DNA of 64,000 nt from the human T2T-CHM13v2.0 reference genome, Homo sapiens: the NCBI RefSeq assembly GCF_009914755.1, contig NC_060937.1; one strand, given 5' to 3'. The notes below the pieces were generated by a model that did not search any database, was not told the DNA's origin, and saw nothing but the letters and a program-made list of their open reading frames with translations. Positions 1 to 14,758 of this stretch are shown in pieces. Both the position numbers and the translations under genes were made by a program. Position 1 is the stretch's first letter. Every line of letters starts with the position of its first letter.

Positions 1-280
1 CACCTATAATTCCAGCACTTTGGGAGGCTGAGGCAGATCACTTGAGCCCAAGAGTTCAAGACAAGCCTGGGCAACATAGCAAAACCCTATCTCTACAAAA
101 ACTTAGCTGGGCATAGTGGCTCATGCATGCAGTCCCAGTGACTTGAGAGGATGAAGTGGGAGGATCACTTGAGCCCAGGGAGGTCACAGCTACAGTAAGC
201 TGTGATCATGCCACTGCACTCCAGCCTGGGCAACAGAGTGAGACCCTATCTCAAAAAATAAGAAAAAGAAAATTAAAAAA
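1..280 (+). mobile_element. Alu (AluJ-like), 5' end cut by window
   Basis: Alu dimer motifs with J-type 'ggatcacttgagccca' in both arms and an A-rich tail. Confidence 0.95.
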
Positions 281-862
281 TAGTATAGAAAGAGGAGAAA
301 AAAGAATAACTTGACAGTAGAGAAACCTGACAAACACAATCTCAGGTGATCAAGGTCAACATCAATGGCAATGAGTCATGTTAACAATATATACCCTTGA
401 TATGCTGTGATGAGAATGTCACTTTGTTTCTGTGGTCTTCCCCAAAAAACCCATAACCCCTGTCTATCATCAGAAAAACATAAGAGGAAGGGACATTCTA
501 CAAAATACCTGACCAGTATTTCAATCCTCAAAGCTATCAAGGTCATCAAAACCAAAGAAAGTCTAAGAAACTGTCACAACCAATAGGAACCAAAGGAGAC
601 AGGACTGCTAGATGTACTGCGATGTACTGGATGTGATCTGAGAACTGAAAATGGACATCAGAGACAAAAATCATGAAATATAAATGAAGGCATGGGCTTT
701 AGTTAATAACAACATACCAATATTGGCTCATTAATTGTAACAAATATACCACGCTAATGTTAACATGTTAGGAGTAGGGGAAACTGGATGTAGGGACATA
801 GGAGCTATACTATCTTCACAATAATTCTGTAAATCTAAAACTATTCTAAAATAAAAAGTGTA
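281..862 (+). mobile_element. Old L1 (L1MC/MD-like) 3' UTR
   Basis: Resembles L1M 3' end, finishing '...tgtaaatctaaaactattctaaaataaaaagt'. Confidence 0.75.
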
Positions 863-1991
863 TTAGCAACAACAACAAAAGAAACATCAGTGATAAGTAA
901 CGTTCAGGAAGAATGATGAATAAGCATTTAATCTGCTATTGTTTCATTTTTTGTTGAAAAAAATTTTTATAAGAGTCACATCCAGGTTAGAACAAGTGTC
1001 GCCTCATAAAGGCAGCAATAAACTTACTTGGCCTGAATTCTACCACTTTTCTAGAATCCCCAGAGGGTGAGATAATTCGTTCTGACCACTTCCCTTCTCT
1101 ATTTCTACATTACAATCATCTCATGAAGCTTGAAAGTAGGGCACCCTCTCCAATGGGCGGTTTCTCCTCTCTGTCTCCCCTATCCCTCCAGCGTTTGATT
1201 TAGTACACCTGAACCACCTCATTCTCCATCATTATTTCAGCTTAGCCAAGAGGAAATTAGTACTAAAACCATCAAATCTTAATTGAGTATCTTTTATTAA
1301 ACAGAAAATGGGAATTAGCAGGTACTTATCTGTACCCTAATAGAGTACCTCTTAACAGCTATGCAAAATAGCCTCTATGAATCTCTCATCCTTCTTGTTC
1401 CATGACATTTTCCACCAAAGAGTCTGAGCATAAAAGAATTAGGTGTGGTAATAATATTGAAGATGACAATAATAACACATAATGTTTACTGAGTACTTGC
1501 TATGTGCCAGGCACTAGATGTTTTATTTGATTTTTATGGATTTTTTTTTGTTGGGTCAGGTCAGTTGGTTTTTTAATAAAAAATAGTCCAGACTCAGAAG
1601 GTACAAGCAGGTAAAACAATTTTATTTTTCTCCTGCCCATGATTTCAGTTATACAGTCCCATCACACACCTGGCCAATATGTCAGGCAGATGATATTTTG
1701 CAAGTCACCTTGAGATATTAACAAACACCCTCACTTTGATGTATTCAAAAGTCCAGTACAGCTTAGAACGCTCAAGCAACTTGAAGCTTCCCCTCCTTCT
1801 GAATCCCAACCCTTACTCAATCTGAAGAAACCTGTGACAGGCAATAGTTGAAGTTCTGTAATTTTTTTTTTTTTAACTTTGTCTCCTTCTCCATTACCAC
1901 CTGCTTCTAACTGGTTGGAGAAAAGGGCAGGGAGGGAGCAGATAAAAGTTCACCCAACATGTGCTGATGTCAGCTGCTGTTGTCACATGTC

Positions 1992-2111
1992 ACATGGTGA
2001 AACCCCGTCTCTACTAAAAATGCAAAAGATTAGCCGGGCATGGTGGCAGGCGCCTGTAATCCCAGCTGCTCGGGAGGCTGAGGCAGGAGAATCGCTTGAA
2101 CCCAGGAGGTG
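1992..2111 (+). mobile_element. Internal AluS fragment truncated at both ends
   Basis: 'acatggtgaaaccccgtctctactaaaaa...gaatcgcttgaacccaggaggtg'; no 5' end, no poly(A), no TSD. Confidence 0.92.
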
Positions 2112-2577
2112 TCTGGGGATGGCATATACACAAAGGCTGACTCTTGTTCTGTAGAGCACCTGGGTGGGTCCCTTACTGGGGACTCACTAGTGACCAGTAC
2201 CTAGCACTCCTCCCCTTAGCAGCCCCACGGAATCTCTCCTCAACAAAATATCCCACAGGACTCTTCCCCATTAGGATTACTTTAGCCCCCTTGGGCAGAT
2301 CTCTAGAGGTGGGGTCCTCTTAAAATGACTCAAACTCAACTATTTTCCATGGGGCACACTCTAGAAAAACACTCCAGGAAGCCCTCATTCCCTGCGATTG
2401 GTGGGTGCTGCCTTGCTCCATGGTAGCCTTCTCTCCCTGCTCGGCCATCAGGAGCAGAGCTCTGATCAGGAAAGACTCTGACCTTTCCTGCCAATCCTCC
2501 CTCCACTGGGCTTAACCCTGGAGGGGCCAGAAAGGGCAACTAGAAAGTGGGGAGAAAGCACAAAGAAAACAAGGAAG

Positions 2578-2947
2578 TGTCTCAGTCTGTTCAAACTGCT
2601 ATCACAGAATATACTGGGTGGCTTGTAAAAAACAGAAATCTCTCTCTCACAGTTCTGGAGGCTGGTAAGTCCAAGATCAAGACATCTGCAGATTCAGTGT
2701 CAGGTAAGTGTCCACAACCTAATCCCATCTTGCCATCTCACTGCATCCTCATATGGTGGAAGAGGCAAGGGTTTATCTCAGGCCTCTTCTGTAAATGCAC
2801 TAATCCCATTCACAACCATCTACATGGGCTCCATCCTCATGACCAAATCACCCCTCAAAGGCCCCACTTCCTAATACCATCACCTTGAGGGTGAGGATCT
2901 TGACATATGAATTTGGGGGTGAGGACAGAAACATTTGGACCATAGCA
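2578..2947 (-). mobile_element. MaLR solo LTR (MLT1A/MSTD-like)
   Basis: 'ctcacagttctggaggctgg..aagtccaagatcaag' and end 'acatttggaccatagca' = reverse complement of MaLR LTR. Confidence 0.85.
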
Positions 2948-3679
2948 GGAAGCAAATGAACCAACCATGCCCTTATCTTCCCAGTAACAGGTTTCCAGGC
3001 ATGTGTCAAAACCGGACTGAGGTGGGGAAGCAAGAACCTTTAAATTGAATGAGCATTTCAAGTTTCAACATTTACTGATTGGGCTCAACATTTTAATAGT
3101 TAAAATAAAACTGAAATTTTTACTATGTGAAAATAAAACCTGAAAGTGACCAGGAACACACTAGTATGAGTATTAACAACAACAAAGGAAATCATCAGTG
3201 ATAAGTAGGGTCCAGGAAGAATGATGAATAAGCATTTAATCTGCTATTGTTTCATTTTTAGTTGAAACTGAAGTGCAGCTAAAGGATAGAAGAGGGGGAT
3301 TTAACTAGCACTTTTAAAGACACTGTTGAAAGACAGTAGTAGTATGAGAAAATAAAGCTTCTTCATGATTTACTCCCACAAAAGACAGCATGTTTCATAA
3401 ACTAACTACATATACTAATTTATACTCATAACAGTTTTATGAGGTGATGTGTTAAGATAAATTCTCTGAAGAAATAAACTGTTCTTAAATGATACATTTT
3501 GATCTTTCATCAAAATAAACCAATTTTCACTTGCTATCATCTGAATAGATCTTTTTGGAACACACCTGCCTTCTAGTGACTGTTGAGATAAAATTCGAAA
3601 TGGTATAATTCAAGTAGAGGAGATATTTGGGGGAAGAACCTTTCTAGCTCCTACTAAGGCATTCAAAAGTAATCAGTTA

Positions 3680-4014
<335 letters not shown>

Positions 4015-4763
4015 CAACTGGTCTCTAAGTGGAGATGAGGTAGAAGGAATTGTTTGATCACTGAACACTCATCACCCTAACCTAACTCCATCTGGCAGAA
4101 AATAGGTTTAGAATTTAGTTGGTGTATAAATCTAGCAAAGCACCAGTTATAAGTACCTGCCTTAGCCCCTGTCACTTTGTAAGGCAACCACTGATAATGC
4201 TGCCTATACATGGCTGTTTATTTCTCATTTTCCTGTGCCATTGTCTCCAGTTCTGAGCTTGCCCTTTGTCTTCTTTATCAGGTTTTGGCTATTATTTCAT
4301 AATTAGCCTCAAGTCCTTCTCCTTTTATGGCCTATATGGAATAGTAGGGGAGATAAAAGGGTTGGTTATTGTTGTTTTCTATTTACTAGCAGCATTTTTA
4401 GGAAGTGAGGCTCAGAGAAGTCTTAATTTCAATCACTCCTTTTCTAGAAATTCTTGCCAAAAGCCACTTAGGCATCTGATATGCTTATTTGAACAAGAGG
4501 TCTGCTTCAATTGGCAAAAATGTTAAGTCTTTTTTGACTTAATTGAATCCAAAAAAAAATTTGGAAGCTTTCATATTTTTCTTTATTATTCATTCGACTG
4601 TTAAAGAGATGTAGGTATAGCAAGATCTTTGAAAACAGAACCAAGAAACTAAAATGTAAGCAGACAAGTGCTGGGTATTAAGCGGGTTGCTGTGTACTCC
4701 AGGGACTACAGGTTGGTGTGTCCTTGCGGAGAGAGTGAAATTGGCCACATGAAATGTTTTGGC

Positions 4764-5298
4764 TATATGTTGCTATATAACAAATTATCCAAAACCATAT
4801 TCACTTAAAACAACTGAATTAGCTAACAGTTTCTGTAGGTCAGGAATTCAGTTGTGGCTTACCTGGATGGCTTTGGCTCAAGGTCTTTCTTGAGGTTGCA
4901 GTCAAGACACTGAAGCTGCTGTCATCTCAAGACCACCAGGGACCGGAGCACCTGCTTCCAGTATGGCTCACTTAATGGCTTTGGATGAAGGCCTCAGTTC
5001 CTTGCCGTTGCCAGGGCACCTCAGTACCTTGCCATTTGAACACTCTGTGAGACTGCTTGAGTGTTTTCACAGCATGGCAGCTGGCCTCCCCTCAGAGTGA
5101 GTGATCCAAAAGAGGGATCAAGAGAAAAAACACAATGATTTTTTTAGGTATTCTCAAAATCCACACACTATCACATTCACCATATTCTGTTAGAAGTAAG
5201 TCACTAAGTCTAGCCTCCATCAAGAGGAGGGCATTAGGCTCCACCCTTTGAAAATAGGTGTATCAAAGAATTTATATACATATTTTCAAACCACAACA
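4764..5298 (-). mobile_element. MaLR LTR (MLT1E/F-like)
   Basis: 'gtttctgtaggtcaggaattc', 'gttagaagtaagtcactaagtctagcc', end 'tttcaaaccacaaca'. Confidence 0.75.
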
Positions 5299-5849
5299 TT
5301 AAGATTTGGAGATGGTGGCTGCTGCTTTCTTTGTGTATTTGTTTTGGACTTATGCTTACAGTAAGCAGAAGTATTCTGAAGTGAAAAAAATATAAATCTC
5401 AATTGCAGAGAATTATTTTAATAAAGTGTTATGTAATACCCTTTATTTTCGCCACAATAATTATTTTAATAAAATATAATGCAATATGTTTTATTTTCAG
5501 CTAAAGGACTTTTATCCTTTGAAGAGTGAGAAACAGAGAAACTCCCAAAAACCTGCACCCCAAAATTATAAGAATGAGAACATTTTAAGATAAAAATTCC
5601 TTTAATGTTTTTCTCTTTCACCAGTACAAAAAGTGATATTTTAATAAAGCAGCATCAATTAGAGAAACTGCTAATGTTTATACAGAGTTACATTCTTACA
5701 TTCAAAATTACTCAGGCCCGATCTTACTTTCTCCCTAATAACAATAGTTTAATCAAGGAGGTAATATTTAATGCAATCTAATATCTATCCTTTCTTTAAA
5801 AATTGCCACAAACTTCTCACTTAATCAACTAGCATTCACAGTACAAAAC

Positions 5850-6758
5850 TGAGAACTAAAAATAAAATCCTAAGCCCCCAACCAACTGAATGGACGCCCC
5901 TCTTGGCCAAGAGGACCCAGAGAAACCTTAAAAATGGAGTTCCTGGCCACGACAGGACAGGAGGTTGGACACACATTGGTATATCTCCTCTTTGTGTGGT
6001 TTAGACACAACTGATCAGCATTAGTGTTAAAATAGAGTTCATAAGACTGATAAAATGGACTCTGTAGCAGTAAGATACCAAATTACAAACAGGACCTAAG
6101 GCCACCCAGTCAAGGATTAAGCCACATACCCCTACACTTAAAGAATAAACTGTGTTCTAACTGCCACAGGTTTTTCTTCTTCTACAGAAGCTAAATAAGC
6201 AAAGGCCTTAAGAGAAGCAATATTGAAATAATTGCAGCTCCTCTACCACCAGATGCTGACTCACTGGTCCCCTGTTCCACAAGCCATAACTATAACTTTG
6301 ATTGGACAAGACTGATTTCAGTAACTCTCCTGATAAAAGACCAGAGACCATGGACTGGTCCCAGCCCATTTAAAGAGACTGCACACTTGAGTGTCTTCAT
6401 CTCCCTGCTTCACCTTTTGACATATAAGGCCTAACTGTAACGCGTTTAAATATTACGGCTCCACACCAAAGTGAACATGGGATGCATGAAACATGCATGT
6501 TTGTTTATGTATCAGGCCCCACTTCAGGAATATCTGTAGCTCCTCCTATAACCTGTTGAATATGTGTACTGGGCCAACCTGTTTAGCATAAATCCCAGCC
6601 CCACACTCCCCTCCCTCAAAGTGCCCCCTTCAAGTCCCTGCCAGAGGCTACACTTCCAAATCTGTCAGGATGATGGCCACCCTAGAAGCTGTAACCCTTT
6701 TTATAATAAATAAAGTCTCCTTTCCAAATTTATAGAACTTGGGATTTTTCAATTGACA
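5850..6758 (+). mobile_element. ERV1 solo LTR (MER4D-like)
   Basis: TG...CA termini, 4-bp TSD AAAC (5846-5849 / 6759-6762), AATAAA near 6709; start 'tgagaactaaaaataaaatcctaagcccc'. Confidence 0.88.
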
Positions 6759-8235
6759 AAACTTTTGAAATCTACATAGGTTGATAAAACAAGGCAAACA
6801 AGGACCCATGCTTATTAATTGGCTTCAATTTACTTCAATATTATGGAAGTTCTTCCACATATTATTTATATTATCTTCCTTTTATATAATACATTTTAAA
6901 AATCACAAGATGAATGAGCATTTGAATCATGATTAAGGACATCAGAAAAACTTCTTTGGGGATATGCCATATACAACTTTGATATTATCTGAAGCTTTTT
7001 GGAAAACTCATTCAAAAAAATTGTTTTGATGCCCTCTTTTTTCTAAGTAAAATCAAAATACTGGTCATTATGGTGCTCTTAAAAATGTCTTTGTTATCAA
7101 AACTAGCATCAACACATTGCAATACAATGTCATAAAAGCCCACCTGTCTTTACAATTCATTAATTGAACTTCTAGTTTAACGATGTGGTTTAAATCAGAA
7201 TATCTTCCTTATTTTCTTGGGAGTGTTCTGAAAGCCACAAAGATAATGAGAAATAAGAAATACAAACTTATCTATGTTAAAACTAGGCAAGAGAAAACCC
7301 CCACGCCATCAAATAAGTGGAAAGGCCGCCAAAAGCAGAGATCAAGTGGAGATATACGTGGCAGAAAGTGAAGGGGGGAAAAAGACTGTGACCCTGGATC
7401 ATGCATGAGCCAGCAAAGTATATTTCTTGGCAGTGAGAGACAAGGGCAAAATAAAAATCATTCATTTGCAGCAGTAGGATGAGTGCACAAACTAGCATCA
7501 AGAGCTTCCCCAGAACTAGGAAGCAGAGAGTGTTGGACTGCATGAGAAATCACATAGACAGCATATTTAAAAGAAGCACCTTGTCCCTTTAGCAATGAGA
7601 GAATAGCAGAGATAGAACTCGGTGAAAAGTTTATGGGAGCTATCTCTAAGGGCTGGGAAGAAGTAAAGGCTAATTAACCTGACACAAGAATCCTGGGTCA
7701 TGAGGGAAATTCCAGCTAGCCCAGAACATAGCCCTAGTTCCTCCCCAACATGAAACTTCTGAAAATTGCTGGTCCAAGAAAAATTCACTTCAATCAACTG
7801 AGTAATCAACAGGAGGCATCACAAGAACTATTCCAAATAGATCTGATGGGAGTAGGGAGAGAGAAAAGGGAAAAGAAAATAAATGGTAGACGATGAACAG
7901 TCACTGACAAGTAGTAGATGAAAAGAGTGACCAAACACTACAGTCAATTTAAAATTCTTAAATCAATTGCCCTTCTGAAGCAACTGCAGTGAAAACATAG
8001 TGAAAAGTTAGTCAAAAGACTGAAGAAAATAAAGCATGAACTAGCAAATATCAGAACAGAATTGAAAGAAAAATCATCACAGAAATAAAAGTTAAAATGA
8101 CAGAAGCACAAAGTAGGATAGATATTGCGTAGGATATTGAAGATAAAACTGGGGAAAACAACAAGAAATGGAAATTAACGCCCAAACATATTTAAAATAT
8201 TAAGAAGAAAATTATGGGTACCTGAAGGAGATCAA

Positions 8236-8277
8236 GTCTACAGCCATGCCACCCTGAACGTGCCTGATCTTGTTTAA
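8236..8277 (+). pseudogene. 3'-truncated (tailless) 5S rRNA retropseudogene, nt ~1-42
   Basis: 'gtctacagccatgccaccctgaacgtgcctgatcttgt' matches human 5S 5' end GTCTACGGCCATACCACCCTGAACGCGCCCGATCTCGT with mostly CpG-type changes; flanked by TGAAGGAGATCAA / TAAAAGAGATCAA. Confidence 0.92.
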
Positions 8278-8291
8278 AAGAGATCAAGATG

Positions 8292-8616
<325 letters not shown>

Positions 8617-9537
8617 GATCCAAATGAAGGCAATGAAAAAATTGGAGTAAAGCAAATTATTTCCAAAAATAAAAGATATGTTAAATTTACATATTAAATG
8701 GACATCATATCCCAGCAGAAACTGACCCAGCGTGTTCAATGGCAAGATATACTCTGAACTTACTGCACTTAAAAAATAATGAAATAATACTTTAGAAAAC
8801 AAAGTAAGTCATCAAATCATTTATATGAGAAAAATATTCCAACTATCCTTGGACTTCTTCACAGCAATATTCAATTCTCGGAAACACTGGAAGAACTTCA
8901 AAATCCTCAAAAAAAAAAAGAATGTGACCCATGAATTTTGTAGACAGGCTGTCAAACATAAAGGCAACAGTCACAGAGCTATTATATGCAATGAACTTGG
9001 GGAATACTGTTTTTATAATAAGCCTTCTTGGAGAGTATATTTTAGAAAAAAGCTTTAATCATGAGATGAGTGGTTAAACAGCCAAAGATGTAAGAACTAA
9101 TGGTAGAATTATAACTAAAAAATAAAATAAAATAAAAAACAGAGGTAGAACAAAACCTAAATGCCATAAGCCCTGACAATGTAAACATATATTTTACAGA
9201 AATTGAAAGAGGAAAGAAAAAGAATGTGAGAGGCAGTGCAAGTTCATAGATTCAAAAAAAGAATAACAGATATAAAGACTGCGTTTGATGGGCTTGTAAG
9301 AACAAAGAAATAGCCAGAATATCCTCAAGTATTTGGAAGTTAAACAACATACATGTAAATAACTCATGAGTCAAAGAGGAAATTATAAGAGAGAAAGTAC
9401 ATTTAATTGGACAAAAATGAAGGCACAACTTATCGAAGTTTGTGGGATGCAGCTAAAATAAAAGAACTGAGACTAAATAGATCTGCCATATTAGTAAATA
9501 TGAATGGAAAAACTCACCTTTTAAAAGAAGCTGTTCA

Positions 9538-9860
<323 letters not shown>

Positions 9861-10729
9861 TCCATAGCAAACCTCAACTCTATGTCCTATACAAACACAC
9901 CTAAAGAAACTGATTCTGAAAATTAAAGGATAAACAAATAACCAAGAAAATACAAAAGTAGACGACAACTTCAATTTTTCAATTTTGTACAAGACTGAAA
10001 GCAAGATTAAATTTGCGGCAAAAGTCCTAACAGAATAAGACAGCAATCTGAAAAGAAGATACAATAGTTTTTATTATTTACATACCAAAAAAATTTATAG
10101 AGCTTATATATTATATATATTATAAATATATTTATTCATAGAACAAATATTCATAAAGTATAAACCAATATCCTAGTCTCTCAAAAGTTTCATGGGTTTT
10201 CTAAATATTTGATCCCTGTTATGCTCACAGACATACCCATACTTCTCTTTGAAATATGCTTCCCTATCTAGAATTAATTACAGGTGCTATGAGAAAATCA
10301 GAAGATCATATCAATAGACTTTTTAGGAGCCATTATACGCAGATGAAAGGATCTGCTGTCTCTCCTTTAGATGAAATTTGTACGTTCTTACGTATAGTAT
10401 TTTTATCATTTGTTTAGATATTCTAAAATTTTGGTTTTGATTTCAAAGATTTCAGCCAAAAGTTCTTTAAGAGATCATTTAAATTTTCTGATTGATGGAG
10501 GCTTTTTATTTTCAGCCTTTATTTTAATTACATGCCAGAATTATTGCATTGTGATAAGTAGATGTTTTGTACTATTTCTTCTTATAGAACTTATGAAATA
10601 AATCATTAAAAGTGCTGCCAGTCAGGATTAAGACTATAATTATTTAAGATGTCAAAGACTTTTGGCCTCCTCTGATTTCTACTGGTAGGAAGTAAGCTAA
10701 AATAGCATATTCTTTAATGATTACTTCAG

Positions 10730-11674
10730 AAGTGGCTAAGGAATGTGAGGATAAAGGAGGAACTTCCCAGCCAGCAGAGTCAAGAGCCATGGGGAACAAT
10801 GAAATGAGGACATACTCCCAGGGAACAAAATGTAAGCTAATAAGGAAAAATACTCTGCTCCCAAGATAAGGTAATCAGGCAATATTTGCCCATAGGATTT
10901 GAGTATTGATTGCTACAGACCAGTGATGACCGTATACTTCCTCAGCATCCTCTTTTGAATGGGTATACTTGTGGAGGTTAGCCTATCCCTGCTCCATCAC
11001 TGCATGTTGCATAAGTAAGGGGAAGTAATTTCTTTAAATTCATAGTTCTTTCAGTCAAGTGAACCAAATTCAAAATTAATATAAATGAAATCCCAGATAT
11101 AATAATTGGATGAGACTTTGGCATGACTTTTATAAGACTAAGTGTATTTTGTATGTAGGAGGTATGTGAACATAAATAAATAAAAGAGTGGACTGTGGCA
11201 GAATAAATTGTTGTCTTTCATTCTTTATGCCCACTCAGTATTAGAATTATATAGCCACTCCCATTGCCATGTGACTTTACAGTTATACCAACTATAGTGG
11301 GCAGACTGTATTTTCTCACATTGTTAATGTTGGTTTTAACCATATAACTTGTCATGGCCAATGAAATGTGGACATAAATGACAGCATGCAACTACCAGGA
11401 TGGATGACTCAAGAGGTATCACGTGTCCATTTGTCCTCTTGTGCTACTGCCATTCATCTTGTGCAATGGGACTCCAGGTAGCTACTAAACTGAAGACAAT
11501 GAGAAACACATGGAACATGGAACATGGAACCTGGAAGCCAGAGCCCAGCCTAACCTAGATGAGTTGCCACCAGCCTGTAGATCCACAAGCAAGAAATAAA
11601 TGTTTGATGTTTTAAGCCACTGAGATTTTGAGTGGCTTGTTATATAGCAACAAATGACGGGAAAAACTGAAATA
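10730..11674 (+). mobile_element. MaLR internal 3' part plus MLT1(H/I-like) LTR (LTR from 11194)
   Basis: MLT-int-like 3' end '...agagtggac' followed by 'tgtggcaga' LTR start; LTR end 'aagccactgagattttg...gttatatagca'. Confidence 0.7.
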
Positions 11675-11689
11675 AACCACAAATACGCA

Positions 11690-12520
11690 AAACTTTTTTA
11701 AAAGAAGGAAATAACTATAACTACAGAAAATTACAATAACCATATAGATTTCCCTGCTCAACTCTGTGCAAATAAATTTGAGAAGCCAGATAACATATAT
11801 AATTTCCTAGAAAAATGCAATTAGCCCAGACCAGCTCCAGACAAAACAGTAAATCTGAACAAACTAGTATCTACAGAAAAAAATAGGGGAAACTGCAAAA
11901 AAGCTCTCTCTCACCAACTTCCCATTTAAAAAAGCAATGGGCTCAGATAGTTTCACAGGGAAATTTGGCAAATCTTAAAAGAATACATATTTTCAACATT
12001 ATTTGAATTGTTGTAGAGTATGAAAAAAGAAGAAAAACTTCTGAATATTTTTAATGAAGTAATATGGACACCAAAATTTAGCAAAGATTAAACAGAAAAG
12101 TATAGATCAAACTTTTGTATAAATATGAATAGAAAAATCTTTAACAAAATATTAACAAATAATATCCAGCTATAATAGGATAACACATCTGATTTAGTGG
12201 ACTTTATCCTAGAAATAAAAGAATTATCAATAATAAAATTAATTTATTAATGCTTTACCATATCATATTCTATGAATAAAAATTAATATAATCATATAAT
12301 TATAATATAATTTCCATGAGTGATACTGAAATTGTGTTTAATAAATTCAATATATATTCTTAGTCAAGATTCTTAATAAAATAGAAACAGATAAATACTC
12401 CTTTAATATGATTAAATAAATCTGTCTCAATCCAAATCTAACCTCATGCTTAAGAAACACATTTAAAGCCAGGAATAAAACTAGAATGTCTATTATCAAT
12501 GCCTTTGTTGTTGTTGTTCT
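11690..12520 (+). mobile_element. Ancient L1M(E) ORF2 remnant
   Basis: 'caactctgtgcaaataaatttgag', 'ggctcagatagtttcacagggaaatt' resemble L1 ORF2 Z/RT-region motifs. Confidence 0.7.
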
Positions 12521-12799
12521 TCCAAATATGACATGTATGAACATTATTATACATATTTCATCATAATGGGGATGAATATGAATTACACTTGGATACATAC
12601 TTAGAAGTGGAATTTCTGCATCACAGAGTTATTGCTTAAGACAATGACAGACAGTTTTCCAAAAATATTACACCAAATTACTCCCCTATAACAGTTAGTT
12701 GATGGGAGATCTTATTGACATATATTCTCATATACATTTGATGACCTCAAATGTCTTCATTCCTACTACAGGCTGTTGTTATTTCAGTACAAAAGAAAA

Positions 12800-12910
12800 T
12801 AGCATTAATTAGACACTATGTACCAGGCAGTTTCACATGTACTATCCCATTCTAACCCTATATTATAATCATTCTCATTTTACAGATGAATTTTGTTCAA
12901 AGTCATAAAG
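12800..12910 (-). mobile_element. MIR fragment
   Basis: 'tatgtaccaggca...cattttacagatga' MIR core. Confidence 0.6.
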
Positions 12911-13458
12911 CTTCCCCAAAAGGCAGCCCTTCCTCCAAATCTAGTAGAGAAGTGAAAGTTTACAATGGCTGTGGAACCGCCCATCAAGGAAAGCAGAGGG
13001 TAATAAAGAGACACTCCCAGGTCACATACAAAATGTGTTCTATTAAAGCAAAATAAGTAGGAGGCCATTAGCCTGACTGTGTATTTTGAATTCGTATATA
13101 ACACCACAGCCTAACTTGTACAGAGGCAAACCAAAACCTAACTTAGTTTATTTTTTGGAACACATAGCTGGATTTTATCCAGTCACAAACAGCTGAGCTT
13201 CAGCCAATCACAGGCAGCCAGCTGATTAGATCATGCCCACATAAGGCAAATGCCTCCTAAGGCAAATGTCTAACTATAGCCAGTCAGGTGATTTCTCTAC
13301 TTTGCTACCATGTTCAGCCTGTAAAAGTCAACTGCTCATGCTTCTGTGCAGAACTCTCTGAACCTCTTCTGGTTCTGAATGCTGCCCAATTCATGAACCA
13401 CTCTTTGCTCAAATAAACTACTAAATTTAATTTCTCTAAAGTTTTTCTTTTAACACTT

Positions 13459-13481
13459 TGATGTCAGAAGCAGAATACGAA
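13459..13481 (+). other. Degenerate primer-binding site (tRNA-Leu-like)
   Basis: 'tgatgtcagaagcagaatacgaa' 3 nt after the 5' LTR resembles TGGTGTCAGAAGTGGGATTCGAA (complement of a tRNA-Leu 3' end). Confidence 0.7.
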
Positions 13482-14431
13482 AGAGACCTCCAGTGACCCC
13501 CCAGGAGCATTGAGTGATGAAGCAAAGGTACTCCCCAGGCCTACTGCTCCCATTACTCTCTCTTCATAACTGGAAGTTGTAAGTGAGTCTCCTCCAAATT
13601 CAAGCTCATGAATTTGCATTTTGAGCTCTTCAACTTTTTTGAGTAATTATTTTACCAGAGTTTGGAATAGGATTCGCTCCAATAAATAATTGTACTGGGT
13701 CCAGTTAGAAGCCTCAGGTAGGTACCTTTTGAAAATGGATTCTTCCAAATGTAAGGAATCTGGAAATCCAGGAGTCTGGGACTCTACTTTCTGAGACACC
13801 AGTTAATTTTATGTACTAAATTTGTAGACCCAGAACCAATGCCTTTCTAAAAGACTCCTTATAAAAGGCAAATGAGAAATATTAGAAATCTTTTGCACAA
13901 ATGTTAGTAAAAAACTTCAGCCATCAGGGTGAATAATCTTGTTCCATTGGCCAGAGAAAAACAATTTGGATACAGGTATTTTTTAATAAATTAGTAAACT
14001 TTGTATTTTAGTGCCTGGCATATGGCTACAATTTTAAAATAAAAGCTTTAAGATCTGCCTTGATCTGCATGATTATTTATGTCTGTCTATGGGAATGTAT
14101 GTGTGACATTTTTCTACCTCTGGAGAGTATTGACAAAATTAATTTGTAAAAGAGCCATATTTAATTGGTTAATGGAAAAATAAGCTCTTATATTGATTAA
14201 CTATTCCTTAAATTATTCAGGAAGGTTGAAACTAAACTAAAATGTTTTTCAAGTTCATGTGACCTGGGAGAATTTTCGGTAAATAAAAGTTTGTTAAAGC
14301 TTGTCAATTTGATAAAAATAGGCATGTCTTCAGAGTCAGCATTAAATATAATACAGATGTACAACTTTTTCAACCTAAGTTTACTAGTAAAATAAGCTCA
14401 AGTTATCGCTATATTAAAAGATATATAACTT

Positions 14432-14758
<327 letters not shown>

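Noticed and set aside
3221-3271. Box C/D snoRNA-like ATGATGA...CTGA inside the duplicated segment
   Set aside because: Only ~50 nt, no terminal stem, and the other copy lacks box D
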